A stretch of 63,999 nucleotides of DNA, the filler included, from Albugo candida (Eukaryota): NCBI GenBank assembly GCA_040437565.1. It is 37 parts of 37 records of this genome, joined end to end, with 100 filler letters (N's around TTAATTAATTAA, not from the genome) between each part and the next. Parts side by side here need not be neighbours in the genome. Positions count along the whole stretch, not along the records: positions 23,117 to 24,773 come from JBDOQK010000448.1; positions 24,874 to 26,529 come from JBDOQK010000449.1; positions 26,630 to 28,282 come from JBDOQK010000450.1; positions 28,383 to 30,031 come from JBDOQK010000451.1; positions 30,132 to 31,778 come from JBDOQK010000452.1; positions 31,879 to 33,507 come from JBDOQK010000453.1; positions 33,608 to 35,234 come from JBDOQK010000454.1; positions 35,335 to 36,957 come from JBDOQK010000455.1; 29 more parts are not named here. The stretch is one strand, 5' to 3'. Made by a program: the position numbers and the translations under genes. Below are positions 24,518 to 37,057 of the stretch, piece by piece. A model generated the notes under the pieces. That model did not search any database. It had not been told where the DNA came from and was given only the letters and a program-made list of their open reading frames with translations. Numbering within the stretch: the first letter of the stretch is position 1; the number at the start of each line of letters is the position of its first letter.

Positions 24518-26629
24518 TTCAGCTTAAAAAAAGGAATGAGTTAGCATTTATAAAGAGATGGTAAAATGTGAGTCGCATATAGTTACAGTTTGAAGCTAAA
24601 GGTTGTTCTCTGTCTGTTGGTCTTTCAGGGGGCATTTATAATATAAAAACTTAATTAAAAAAAAGGTAAAAAGGTCGAAAAAATAAAGGTTTTCGTTGCT
24701 CTATCACACCAGCTTATTTTTTTATTTTTTGTGACTGTTTTTTAGAAAATTAGCAAGTTACTCTCTGTTTTTANNNNNNNNNNNNNNNNNNNNNNNNNNN
24801 NNNNNNNNNNNNNNNNNTTAATTAATTAANNNNNNNNNNNNNNNNNNNNNNNNNNNNNNNNNNNNNNNNNNNNCGTCATCATATAATTTTTTTATTTTTA
24901 TTTTGATTTTTATTTTTATTTTTATTTTTATTTCTATACTTTATAACATGGCAACAATCTGACCGTTGTATAGTCACTACTATCCACTTGCATTATCAAT
25001 CTTTATCAATGACCTTTAACGGCCTGTGGTTCTGAAGACTGGAATGGCTTTTTTTTTGCTGTCGGTGATTAATCAAGTTCGTCTTTTGCATTTCAAGTTT
25101 GCACCAATTTCTTTTACAGGTAGCTGTTAATTAAATCAGCCTCTATAGTCGCGTGCTATATGAACCTTGCCAAATAATATAGTGTTCTTTGTTATCCGCT
25201 TCAAATCTTGGCCCTCTTTATCATGAGCTCTATACTGAAGACTTAGGGTAGGGGTCGCTATTATCAATTCATTATTTTACGCACTACGCCTTCAATTTTG
25301 ACCATTGTTTTAGCGGTATTATGCTCCTATCTGTCAAATGTACTGTTTGCTTCTGTAAAGAGTTCTTCCTTGATAGTGTTGTCCTCGTCTTTAAAAAGAA
25401 GGGTATGATTTTATTTAAGGAATCGTCTTAAATATTGTTATCCTCGTCTTTGAGAAGAATGGTGTGATCTTGTCTTGGAAGTTGCCTCGATTTTTTTTTT
25501 TGGCTTTTTATTGAACACTACATTGCAGCTTCTACTCGTTTTCTTATCGTGTGTTTAAAAATTTATAACTTGTACTGGTTCCTAGCTGTAATTTTATGTT
25601 GTAAGTTAATCAAAGATGTAATAGTGCACCAAAGGGATCATTCTTAATAACAAAAAAAAACATTATCGATATTAGGGATATAACTCTATTGACTGTATAA
25701 AAGACCTTTCTGAAGATCAGCTTTCTTTGCTCCTGACGCCACTTTTTTAACATTCATGAAATCAAGTAAAACTAGTGATACAAGAACAAGGGTAACAACT
25801 ATAGTTTTAGAATAGGTTATAAATCAAAAACTAACTTTAACTTGATATAGAACAAACTTCAAAATGGTTGGCAAATCGAGTAGTCTAAGAGCCGACTCAG
25901 GATATCCCAGTTTTAATCATTAAGTATGAATCGGCTATAGTTAAACGCAGCAAACTCAACGATGATTTAAAAAAGCTCTCTATTTCCTGTAAAAATGCAT
26001 TTTATGATGTCGTAAACAAAACCAAAAAGGTACCAATAGTTGGTATTTAAGCAACAGGTATGATTAATAGATTTAAAATGAAATCAAATCGCTTTGCTAA
26101 TTGTCGTACTGCTATTAGGAACAACTATTTCCATTTATTTGTTTGACGCTATTTTGGGAAAAGTTACAAGTGTTGCACCCACAAAGTTCAAGATGGTCCA
26201 ATTTGATCGATGTGAGCTCCCAGAGCACAAAGATAATTTTTTTGCCTCCAAAATGCATATCGTTGCTTTAAGAACGCGTCAGTAAGTAATGCTATTTTTT
26301 GTTTTTGTGTGAAGGAAAAAATCTAAAGTTTTATTGTATATAGAAAATCATCAATGTTGTGTTGGACAGACTTTGTGAACGTGTGGGCCATCTTGCCGTT
26401 TAAATCTTTAGAACAATATTTTATAATAAAATTCTTCCCAAACCCAAAAATCAAAAGTAGCTGTTTGCTAGATTGAAGCTGAGGATTAAAGTAAGTAGAA
26501 CAACATAAAGCTCAAATATAATACTTAGTNNNNNNNNNNNNNNNNNNNNNNNNNNNNNNNNNNNNNNNNNNNNTTAATTAATTAANNNNNNNNNNNNNNN
26601 NNNNNNNNNNNNNNNNNNNNNNNNNNNNN

Positions 26630-28282
26630 AACATGTTTACCGCATCGAAAATAGAGCAAGCAAAATCGCAGTTTTGCGTACGACACTTTGCTGGACAAGT
26701 TATCTACACAATCGATCATTTTGTGGAAAAGAATGTCGATGCACTTCCGGCAAAAATCTCAGATATTCTTTTTCCCTCGTCGAATGAAATCATTGCTGCG
26801 ATCGGATTGGAATGTCGAAGAGAGAAAGTCTTTTGGACCGAGAAAAAGGAACATGTCCAGCAACCGGAAGATTCAGACGAAATGGACAATCTGACCAAAT
26901 CAAAACCTGCATCGAATCGTAAGGCCTCTACACACCGATGTCCCAGTGTTTCATCCCAATTTCGCTCGCAACTCGATCTGTTGATTGACGAAATAGGAGA
27001 AACTCAATCTCACTATATCCGTTGTCTGAAAGCGAATGAAGACAAAGAGCCAAATGCATTCAATCGTATCCGCATGGTCGAGCAATTACGTTCTGTTGGA
27101 ATCGTTGAAGCAGCCAAAATCGCTCGATGTGGATATACTGTTCGACTGTTGCATGCAAAGTTTCTCGATTTATTTGAATGCACATTCCAAGCTGTAGCAA
27201 GTACAATTACAAAGGATTCAGCGCGGCTTCAAACAGCAGAAAAGGATCTCAAGATCGGTCTGAATATATGTCGTGCACTCCGTCAGCAAGCAAAGTGTTC
27301 TCTTCCAGCATCCTCAAGCACGAGCACGAAGAATCCTCCAAAACACCCCGATATACAAATTGGAAAGACGCTTGTATTTTGTAAACGTGACACTTATCAT
27401 CGACTCTATGCGTTGCGGATCAGATGTCAATATCTCGCAGCGGCAAAGATACAAAGCACATTCAAAGCGTATCGCGGTCGGCACTGGTATAAGCAAACCA
27501 CGCAGGCACTTTGTCGATTTCAAAGTCACGTCAGACCGTATTTACGTGACCGAATTTGGAGACTTAAACGCGAGCAGTCTGCAATAAAGCTACAACGGTG
27601 CTGGAGAGGCTATGCTGATCGTGCGGATGTCGCCAGGATGCATCAAGCAGCTACTTTGATCCAAGCAACGGCACGAGGGTACCATGTGCGTCACACTCAC
27701 CAACCACTGCAGAAACTTCGACAGCATTACGCAGCAATTCGTATTCAGGAGAACTACAGATTGCATCGATTCCGTCGAGCATTTGCATCGGCAATTGAAG
27801 ATGAGCAACGGCAAAATTATGCTCTTGCCGCTGCATCCGTTCAGAGATGGTGGAGGCTGGCTCTATGTCACAAATTGGCTCTTGTGGACACGGAAACTCT
27901 GGATTGGATACCCGAGCAGAAATCTCGACCAGTTGATCAGTACAGCATCAAGAGAATGGACTGGAAGCGCAAAGGAACTCGCTGTACCAAAATCGATGAA
28001 AATCAAGAATTCAGAAAAGAATTTACACCAACTAAAGCTGAAAAAGAGGACCCGATGACGCCAAAACGACGCAGCACATCTCAATTCGGAAAAAATGGAT
28101 TGCATCGATACTCTCCAACAAGCAGTGATACACTCTCCTTCGAATCAACTGAGACGGAGAAGAAAAACCGACTGAATGGTTCACCGTTTGCAAGAGTCGA
28201 TTCAGGCACTCGCAGCTCCATAGGATATCGTATCTCGAATCCCGACGAAATGATTTGCCGGCGCTCCACTTTCAAAAATAAA
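26630..28282 (+). CDS. Myosin heavy chain fragment: motor C-terminus, about six IQ motifs, start of tail (oomycete-type)
   Basis: FCVRHFAGQVIY, SVSSQFRSQL, HYIRCLK, QLRSVGIVEA, QIGKTLVF, repeated IQxxxRGxxxR. Confidence 0.93.
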
Positions 28283-29229
28283 NNNNNNNNNNNNNNNNNN
28301 NNNNNNNNNNNNNNNNNNNNNNNNNNTTAATTAATTAANNNNNNNNNNNNNNNNNNNNNNNNNNNNNNNNNNNNNNNNNNNNCGACGATATATCTTCACT
28401 CTTTTCTTCGGCATGTCCCATCTGTGCTGTGCCCGTCCTTCCATCTTTATCCCCCTTGTTGACCCCTTTCGTGAGCCGTCCTACTTGCGGGGACCAGGTG
28501 TTGTCGTGCTCTCGTCACGCTCTCTTTACCAAGTTTTCGACTTTGGGCTCATAGACTATTGGCAAACTATAAGGTCTGCACGATGTTAATAACAGAGTAG
28601 GATGGAGAATAAAGGTGTTAATAGTTGGAAGGAGTTCTTAATTACGCACGCTGCGACCCTTCAAAGTAAATAAGTTTTTCTCCCGCGGCTCCTCGCAGTC
28701 GATCTAGTTCCTTCTGGTAAACCTTCACGGTCGTAAGAGTCACTTCCTCTTCATGGCGGCGATTACTGTGCACTCAATGCACATGATCTTCCAACAGGGT
28801 GTATGTGGCGTTTGTTGAGGTTATCTGAACCACATGAAATAAGGGTAGACCGTACAGATTTTGTTATAGGTTGCATCAGTTGAAGGTGTCTATATTACTA
28901 AATGGGTGTGACTATCGCCACAGACGTTTTCACCAGTGCCACAGACAAAACAGTTCTGACTGGCTAATATGTGTACAGTCAATATGATTGGGCGATATGG
29001 TAGCTATATTAGCCCTCAGCCTCCATAAATTGATGGGAATCGTAGCCTCTGATTAGTTTAAACAAATATAACAGAATAGATAAAATCAAATTACGGGAAT
29101 CGTTATCCAACCCCCACCCTTCATAAATTGATAGAAAGCGTGGCCTCTGATTGGTCTGAGTAGATGCAACGGAATAATACGATAAAAATCACATTTTAAC
29201 TCCTCTAGAAAGTACAATGATCAGCCTTG

Positions 29230-30031
29230 CACCACCACCCCAGGTTGCCTACGCTTCCATGTAACAGGCAAAAGCAGCAATTGATGATCATGCACTCCAA
29301 CAAGGCTATGTTGTGGTTATCAAACGTACAAAAAAGATGGGGAATAGGGCAAATGGAGACATGAAAGCTTTGATTCTTGACCGCTCCCAATCAAACCCCC
29401 AGTGATGGGTGTAGGGACTCGCCAACGTGTTTCTTCTAGCTGCAGCGCTAGGCGTTCGTTCAAGGCCAGACTATGAAAACAAAAGTCTGGCCAATGGCAA
29501 GTGCAAGTTGACAATGGAGAACACAATCATGCTCCCTTTGCTCACCAGTCTGCGCATCCAAAAGGGAGCCCTTCAACCAAGAAGAGCCGGCAATCAATCT
29601 TGATGATGGGTCATTTTGGTGTGACACCTGGCCGTACTATCACTTCACTACGCTAAAACAACAATGTTATTGCCACAGTTCAAGATATCTACATCTTCAT
29701 CGTTAAAATCGCAACAGGATGCTGTCAGGACGATCTTCACTGGTAGCTTTATTAGATAGTCTTGCTCCCGTTGACTACTTCTCTCAGTATGATTTTCTGC
29801 AGCGGGCTAACTTACCTGCTCATTATCTCACCTTCTGCAAAGGAGATTTGCAACAAGTGCAGTGCTGGTCGGATCTGGCTTATTGATGTTCCCTACAAGA
29901 CGAACAGATATGAACTTCCTCTTCTCCATATTATTGGCATCACAGCAACGAATACCACCTCCACATTTGCATACTGCTTTATGAAGAACGAGACTTCGGC
30001 CGACAACTTATGCGCAATGCGCCATGTCAAA
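29230..30031 (+). pseudogene. Degraded Mutator (MULE) transposase
   Basis: Fragments in several frames: HALQQGYVVVIKRT, WQVQVDNGEHNH, SAHP, YKTNRYELPLLHIIGITATNTT..AYCFMKNE. Confidence 0.8.
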
Positions 30032-30358
30032 NNNNNNNNNNNNNNNNNNNNNNNNNNNNNNNNNNNNNNNNNNNNTTAATTAATTAANNNNNNNNNNNNN
30101 NNNNNNNNNNNNNNNNNNNNNNNNNNNNNNNAGAAGAAATACTTTCATTACTGTTGCTGTAACCGACAAAGTCGTTATAATAAAATAGATAAAATAGCAT
30201 TAACCGTGCGAGACATCAGACATCACCCAAATAATTGCTATAGCCGTCGGTCAAACGATAAAATAACTATCATGATAAAGTCAAGGCTGATATGAGCGTA
30301 GGGTATGATGTTCTATATTTGTACATTAGTCTACACGCACCACTACACGCTGAAGTTG

Positions 30359-30477
30359 AAAAAAAAAAGTGTGGTCGCATCAGGTGATGAACTCTGTATA
30401 GGAGCTCACAGCACCTGACGATGATGAGCCTTATTGGGGCCCACAGCAGGTCGGGATAGAAATATATCAACCACGAT
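30359..30477 (-). ncRNA. Candidate structured small RNA (Pol III-like), family unknown
   Basis: TATAAATA at 30506-30499, closing stem GTGGTTG/CGACCAC, two similar hairpins with G-U pairs only on the minus strand, T10 run at 30368-30359. Confidence 0.5.
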
Positions 30478-31675
30478 ATACTTTATCTTAAAAAATTTTA
30501 TTTATAAAACCAGCCAAAAAACGGGGGTCGGTAAGTTGTGGGTTTTTTTATTTTACATACTAAAAATTCTTAATATAAACTCTTGTAGATATGCTATTCA
30601 GTTAATTTTAATTGTACAATTTAAGTGTATTAAAAAGTACAACACATGTATGATATAAATAAGTCATTTAAAGTACAAAAAGAAAAAAAATATAGGCGAG
30701 AGAACAGCTTCAAAATCCAGGCGGGAGAAGCTGAATGTGACGTAAACAGAATATTACAGATTTTTTTCATTTTTTTTTTCATAATACATCTTTTATTTCA
30801 GGCTCACATTTTTTTTGTTCAAGTCAATAAGCACAACAATCCAACAAAGACAAGACAAGATTGTGAAAGCGCTTTGCATTATTAACAGTCAGAAAAGTCA
30901 TTGAGTCAATGACTGTTATAGAAGTCAATGACTGTTATAGAAGTCAAGCAAAATGACTTTAAGAGAAAGCAAGATGATGGAATCAGTGTAGAATGACCAA
31001 GCATAATGTCTTTTTATTAAACGGTATTATTTAACATTTCAATTTAAAAGAGCCGCTCTACTTACTCTATTTTGTAATGGCAACAAAAGCAAAGTCGCAT
31101 TAGCTTGAATGTATACTCATGAATGACTACTAAATGAAAAGTAGTGTCCTTGTATTATGTGAGTAGCAGTTAGCAGTAGCCTAAATAATCAAAAACTAAT
31201 ATTATATTATATAGAATAGTGGGGGTTTTTTTTTATTGCAAATGTAAGCCAAATATTATGGAGCGATTGAAAACAATTTTATCTTTTATTTCTTTGCGAC
31301 AGTTTGGTAATAGTTGTGCTGCTAGAATTATTGCTGTACTGTCATTTAGCGGTATGTAAATGTATGAACAATTATTGAATGGTGTTAAAAATGGATATCG
31401 AATGTTTTCTATTTAGAAGTGAGAAGGACTTTTCTGTTGCTCATTATATAGCTGATAAATTTACGTTTTTTAAAAAACCGATAGTACTCGAGATACCACT
31501 TTTAGTATATAACACCAAATCAAAAAGAAGCGAAAAATTATAACGACGCGAAACCCCAAGCAAGCAAAAGAAGCAGTATTGGTAGCATGGTGATATAAAA
31601 AACAATACCACCATAGAAATTCAAATGCTGGAAAGAGTAAAGATTATGTAGAGCAGTTTTTTATTATATCCAGTA

Positions 31676-31778
31676 ATATGATGGATCTTATTCAAGCAAG
31701 AAGTTTTATCCCTATGTAGAGTAGTTTATGTTTAGTGGTATGATGGATCTTATTCAAGCAAGAAGTTTTATCCATATG
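31676..31778. repeat. Two-copy ~62-bp tandem duplication at contig end
   Basis: TATGATGGATCTTATTCAAGCAAGAAGTTTTATCC occurs twice. Confidence 0.85.
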
Positions 31779-32031
31779 NNNNNNNNNNNNNNNNNNNNNN
31801 NNNNNNNNNNNNNNNNNNNNNNTTAATTAATTAANNNNNNNNNNNNNNNNNNNNNNNNNNNNNNNNNNNNNNNNNNNNGCATTGCCACTCCCATGTCGCC
31901 AAATGTATGTGCAATTGATCATAGGCTAGGCAGTACATAGTATGGATATCATGGACACTTTGACTTTAATTGTAAATAAGGGGAAAAAAGAGACTAGACC
32001 TGTATTTTGATAAAGCGTTGGAGTTTACACC

Positions 32032-32156
32032 CAAACGCGTGGGATTTTATCAGGAAACTTGGGCAAATGCGTGGAAGTACTGGAAATTCCACAAAAACGC
32101 GTGGGATTTTATGAGGAAGCTTAGGGAAATGCGTGGAAGCACTTGAAATTTCGTAG
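32032..32156. repeat. Two-copy ~62-bp tandem repeat
   Basis: AAACGCGTGGGATTTTAT..GGAA..AAATGCGTGGAAG occurs twice. Confidence 0.75.
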
Positions 32157-32638
32157 GGAATTGCCTGGAAATCTGATGAAATCACGTAGAACCTTATTTT
32201 CTAAAAGCCTCAAAGAAAATGTAACCAAGGGAATCAGAAGTCGGAAGTCAGTAAAGCGGGGAATTTTTAGCAATTATCCGCCGAGGAAGGTTTATCTTCC
32301 GGCTCGAGCCATACTTTTATCTATGTGTGGGTCTCGTTTTTCCCATTTCAAAGAACCCCTCTTCAAGCAACCAAGAATGAGTAAAGCAGTACAAACGTCG
32401 TGTTTCCGTTTCCTTCCATGGATTTTTGACCTGGCTAAGGTGGTCGGACTTTGTCCCGACAATAAACTTATAAAGGTTTCTTGTAGTTGCTTTGTTAGAT
32501 TCGAAATCGTAATAGATATGGAACACCCTCGTAAGCACCACTCTCTCATCCTCCGGGTTAGCTAATCTGTAGGATCTCACTTGTCATTTTGATATACTCT
32601 CGACTGCACATTTCAAAAAAATCGGTTTACTGAGAAGA

Positions 32639-33507
32639 ATGAATCATATTGCTGTTCAATGCATGGGGATCATCGCATTCCTGATGATCAATTCGAGTCG
32701 GCAGATGAATAGGCAGGGTAAACAGTCTTCGAACAGCAAGATTGAGCAAAGGTCCCAAGCTATTGATCGCCTTAAGGCTGCATCGGCGAAGTTTACATAC
32801 ATTATAAAGAATGAATTATGGGATCAAGCCGGTAATGTAGCAGAGTCAACATCGAACCTCAACATAGTTGTTCCAATGCCTTTATCGAAATGGCGTGCGA
32901 GTTGTGACAAAGAGATGAAGTGGTTCGAAACTAAGGGGTCTCGACAAGGTGAAGGCAATACCTGCAACTTTTTTCGTTCTGATCGTCTAATTCTCGTGTG
33001 TGTGCATACATAGACGTTACTTCTGCTGACTTAAACAAACATGCAGACATATTCGAAAAATTGTTGAATTCGGATCAATTGACCGAGACCAGCACGTCGT
33101 CAAGCACGCCAACAAACTTGCGCAATAGGAACGCGGTCATTGAGGCAACTAGTGCAGCTTTAGGCGCGCTACAGCTTAATCACATGGTGATGCAGCAGAG
33201 ACTCGAAAAATTTGATGAAGGCTTCGCGAATGAATTCAAAGAGATAATAGCTGATCTAAAGCACAATATAGCTGAACTCGAGAGGGGGGATCTCATGCAA
33301 CACGGGAAAACGAAAGGTGCAGCACACGAATCGCTGTCAGCGATTTCCACTTCGACAAGAAATGAAAACATCAGCTCTAGCAGCAAAAAAAAAAAAGGTA
33401 CAAAATTGCGGGAAAAGCCACCCATCAAAATAAATGAAGATAAATTCCAGGATGAGCTCTCAACACCATCGACGCGATTGGATGGACCAACTGCGACTGC
33501 AAGCAAT
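32639..33507 (+). CDS. Hypothetical two-exon coiled-coil protein fragment
   Basis: Two overlapping ORFs joinable by a GT..AG intron at about 32949-33013; no recognised domain; start uncertain. Confidence 0.45.
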
Positions 33508-33990
33508 NNNNNNNNNNNNNNNNNNNNNNNNNNNNNNNNNNNNNNNNNNNNTTAATTAATTAANNNNNNNNNNNNNNNNNNNNNNNNNNNNNNNNNNNNN
33601 NNNNNNNTAACCATTCCTCCGTAACACTTACTCAAATTTGAAAAAATCTCGTTGGGTGTGTTCCTTCATAATAGGTGCTCTCAAGGACTTCGCTGAATTT
33701 TTTTTTTTACTAATTTTAGAAATCAATTTTTATCCAAAAATAGGCAAAAGTTGTAAAATGTAAACTATTTCCTTTTTTATTACAAAATAAATTCAGCAGA
33801 TAACCCTCTGCTGAATTTTCATTTCATTACTTAAAATAGTTAAAAAATTGGTTTGCAAAACTTACGAACTGTCACACTTTTTTTTTCTAATTTATTCTTC
33901 GAAAATCAGTTACTTGCAATTTTTTCTCTTGTTACTTTTTGTACAAAACTTTCTTTACTTTAACATTATATTTCATAAATACCTGTTTCA

Positions 33991-35234
33991 ATGCCTAATA
34001 ACAACTCAAACCAAACAGCTGCTGCTAGAGGAAGAGGAAGAGGATCTCGTGGAGCTAGAGGTGGTAGAGGAAACTTTAACTTCATCAACTACGTTCCCCC
34101 TGTTGATGAACGTGTTCCTTCACCAACTCCAGATGCACCTGAAGAGCCACCAACCACACCTGCACCTCCAACAGCTAACGAAACCGGTGTTCCACCCACT
34201 GAGCGAGAAGGTTCTCCTTTTGAACCTGAAGCCAATATCACTGAAAACTTGGAGGAAGAGCCTACTGAAGTAGTCTTGAACAATTCAAGTAACTGGACCT
34301 TCTTGCAAATCATGCTTGGAATCCATAACAGATTGTTGAGGGAGCCTGACAACTTGGTGAAGAATGCTATCTGGACCGCTTCTTTAAATCTTTTTAAGGA
34401 TGAAATGAGAAATGATAGCTCCGAGCCTGAAAACGTAATTGAAGCCTTTACTGTGCGCAAGATGCAAAACAAATGGAATTACATGAAAACCAAGTATAAC
34501 ACTTTGAGAAGCCGTCTTCAACAGACTGGTATTGGTGGTGAAGAAGGAAACAGATACTGGCAATATTACGATGAAGTAGGACAAATTTGTAGATTTGATG
34601 AAAGCATTCATCCACCTATTGTCGTTGAAAGCCAAAGCAGAAACGGCAACAATCCTATTGTAGTTGATAACACCGACAATATTGACATGTCTGAGGAAGA
34701 GTACGTTGAGTTGGGTGTTTCTCGTGCTAGAAGAAGAGGAACAAAAATCATTAATAGAGCAACTATTGATGAAAGAATTTTTTCACCTTCTGGAAGATAT
34801 GAGGGTGTTGAAGAACACAACAATCGGGATGACTTGCCTTCAACTGAAAGACCTGTTAACCAAGCTTCCCAAGGTGGTCCCACTGAAGAAAGCGAGGTTA
34901 CAGGTTCTGGACGTGAAACTAGAGCTAGGGTAACTGATGCCAACCGTTTGGAAAATCTTCGAACTCTTCTCGATGAACAACTGGGCAATGCCTATGACCG
35001 CTTTGAAAACCATCAAGAAAGCTTTATTGACTGGTTTGAGGAGAGAGATGATAGAATTGCTGATCGTTTAATTTCTTCTCTTGATGCTATTGCTGAAGAT
35101 TTCCGTAATAGTAATCAAGAATACATGAATTTTATTAGAAGAATTATGCGCCCTTCCTCTCGTTCCCGTCGCTCCCGTCGTTCCCGTTCTCGTTCTGACT
35201 CTCGTTTCCGCTCTCGTTCTTCTCGTTCTTCTCG
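33991..35234 (+). mobile_element. Myb/SANT-like protein, probable PIF/Harbinger ORF2
   Basis: KNAIW..FTVRKMQNKWNYMKTKY..TGIG..WQYYDEV; RGG-rich N-terminus, RS-rich end; upstream perfect 12-bp inverted repeat at 33789-33818. Confidence 0.7.
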
Positions 35235-37057
35235 NNNNNNNNNNNNNNNNNNNNNNNNNNNNNNNNNNNNNNNNNNNNTTAATTAATTAANNNNNNNNNN
35301 NNNNNNNNNNNNNNNNNNNNNNNNNNNNNNNNNNTACACTCCTGCTAATCAATAGTACATATATATACGTACGTGTAACACTAAAATTCTACAGATGCAG
35401 GTACGAGATACTCTCAAGTATCACTAATAGTTATGTTGTGTCCGAACACAATCATAGAGTTTGTATGTAACAATAACAACACCCAGTTCATTTAAATAAA
35501 GGATAATTTATATAATAAAGTCTTGGAGATACCTTTTTGCAGCTGATTAATTCTATTACTTTTAATTTTGTCTGTTTTTTGTATTCAAGATCTTCGATCT
35601 CTTCACGCTGGTATATGAGACAATTGAGATTTTAGTTTAAACAGGATGATTGGGATCAGTTTACACATGAAAGGGAAAGTAATGTAAATGTAAAAACGGT
35701 CATTGATATTTGAAATATATTTAAGTATTTTATCATTGATTGATACTATACAAAAACTAATAAATTTATAATCGCCTATTCTTTTAATTACCATGTCGTG
35801 GTTTCCGTTACAAAAAATAATTAATAGACTTTAAATAATTCTGAAATTGTAATTAAATAAAAAGTATTCTTTTTGTCTTCAATTAAATATTTATATAATT
35901 GTATACTTGACAGTTAAACTAAAGGCGACCTCGACAACCATTCATATCCATAAAATAGTTACAGTCACAATACAACGGGAATTTTTTGATGTGACTAGCA
36001 TATTTACACACTTATAATCAATTAATATATTTCATAAAAGCGCATACCTAATTCTATATTTACTTAATTAAAAAACATCTGCCATAAGTGGATAAATAAT
36101 TTATGTCAGCTAATCAAATTACAGTTAAACTGTTAATAATTTATTGTGTCAAGTACAGCTTTCTTAAACAATAGGCTTGTAACCTATTTCATTATAAAGA
36201 TCAAAACTTTTATGGTATAACTAATTTATAATCATAGCTTACCTTGCAAAATTTACTTTTTTTATAACATTTACTGTGATTGAATTCAATAACATTCCTT
36301 TTTTGATATATTAAGATACAATTAACTCTCTTGCTGTTAATATTATTTTTACAACAAAATAATTAATTTTTCTGTGGTAAATGTAGGATCTCTAATAACT
36401 GTCAACCACTTGAATATATGTACAATTACATATTTTTTGCAAATACAATATGTTTGTAAGCTTACAAGTCAATTGATTTTAAGTTTTTTGTTGGTCTAAA
36501 TTCAAGGTGCATAAAGATCCTGGTTCGACGTTAAATAAATAAACTATAACGGCGCAACATGTCAAGTTTAGTCGCATCTCCAAATTTGAAAAAATTTACA
36601 CAAAAAATACTAGGATCTTCAAGTTCATGGATTCTCTTTTTTTGACTTTCGATTACGTGTTCAAGGTGTGAAACGAAAGAAATCATAAACTTGTCTAAGT
36701 ATTAAAAAAAAGTTAACTTAACGTGAAATGCTAGAAGAAATAATTATACTTACGTAATACCCAAACGATAGCAATAACAGGTACGAAAGAACACACGTAG
36801 TAAAGGAATATAAAGTTATAAATATCTTGAGCTTTTTTGAACTTTTTCCATTTAAAATTAAAGAGATGAATGCCAATGAACAGTAAAACACCAATGTCTA
36901 AAAAGTAATGTTCTTTCATATGAACCCAAATGGAACTTGCATTAGAAATAACATACANNNNNNNNNNNNNNNNNNNNNNNNNNNNNNNNNNNNNNNNNNN
37001 NTTAATTAATTAANNNNNNNNNNNNNNNNNNNNNNNNNNNNNNNNNNNNNNNNNNNN

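Noticed and set aside
30380-30450. TGATGA and CTGA motifs as a hammerhead ribozyme or C/D snoRNA on the plus strand
   Set aside because: No GAAA after the stem and no terminal D box; the stems contain A-C mismatches on the plus strand that are G-U pairs on the minus strand.
30904-30946. 19-bp tandem duplication AGTCAATGACTGTTATAGA
   Set aside because: Only two copies with no spacers; an ordinary local duplication.
36500-36957. Possible last exons of a membrane protein gene on the minus strand
   Set aside because: A spliced frame is possible but it is short and unrecognisable.
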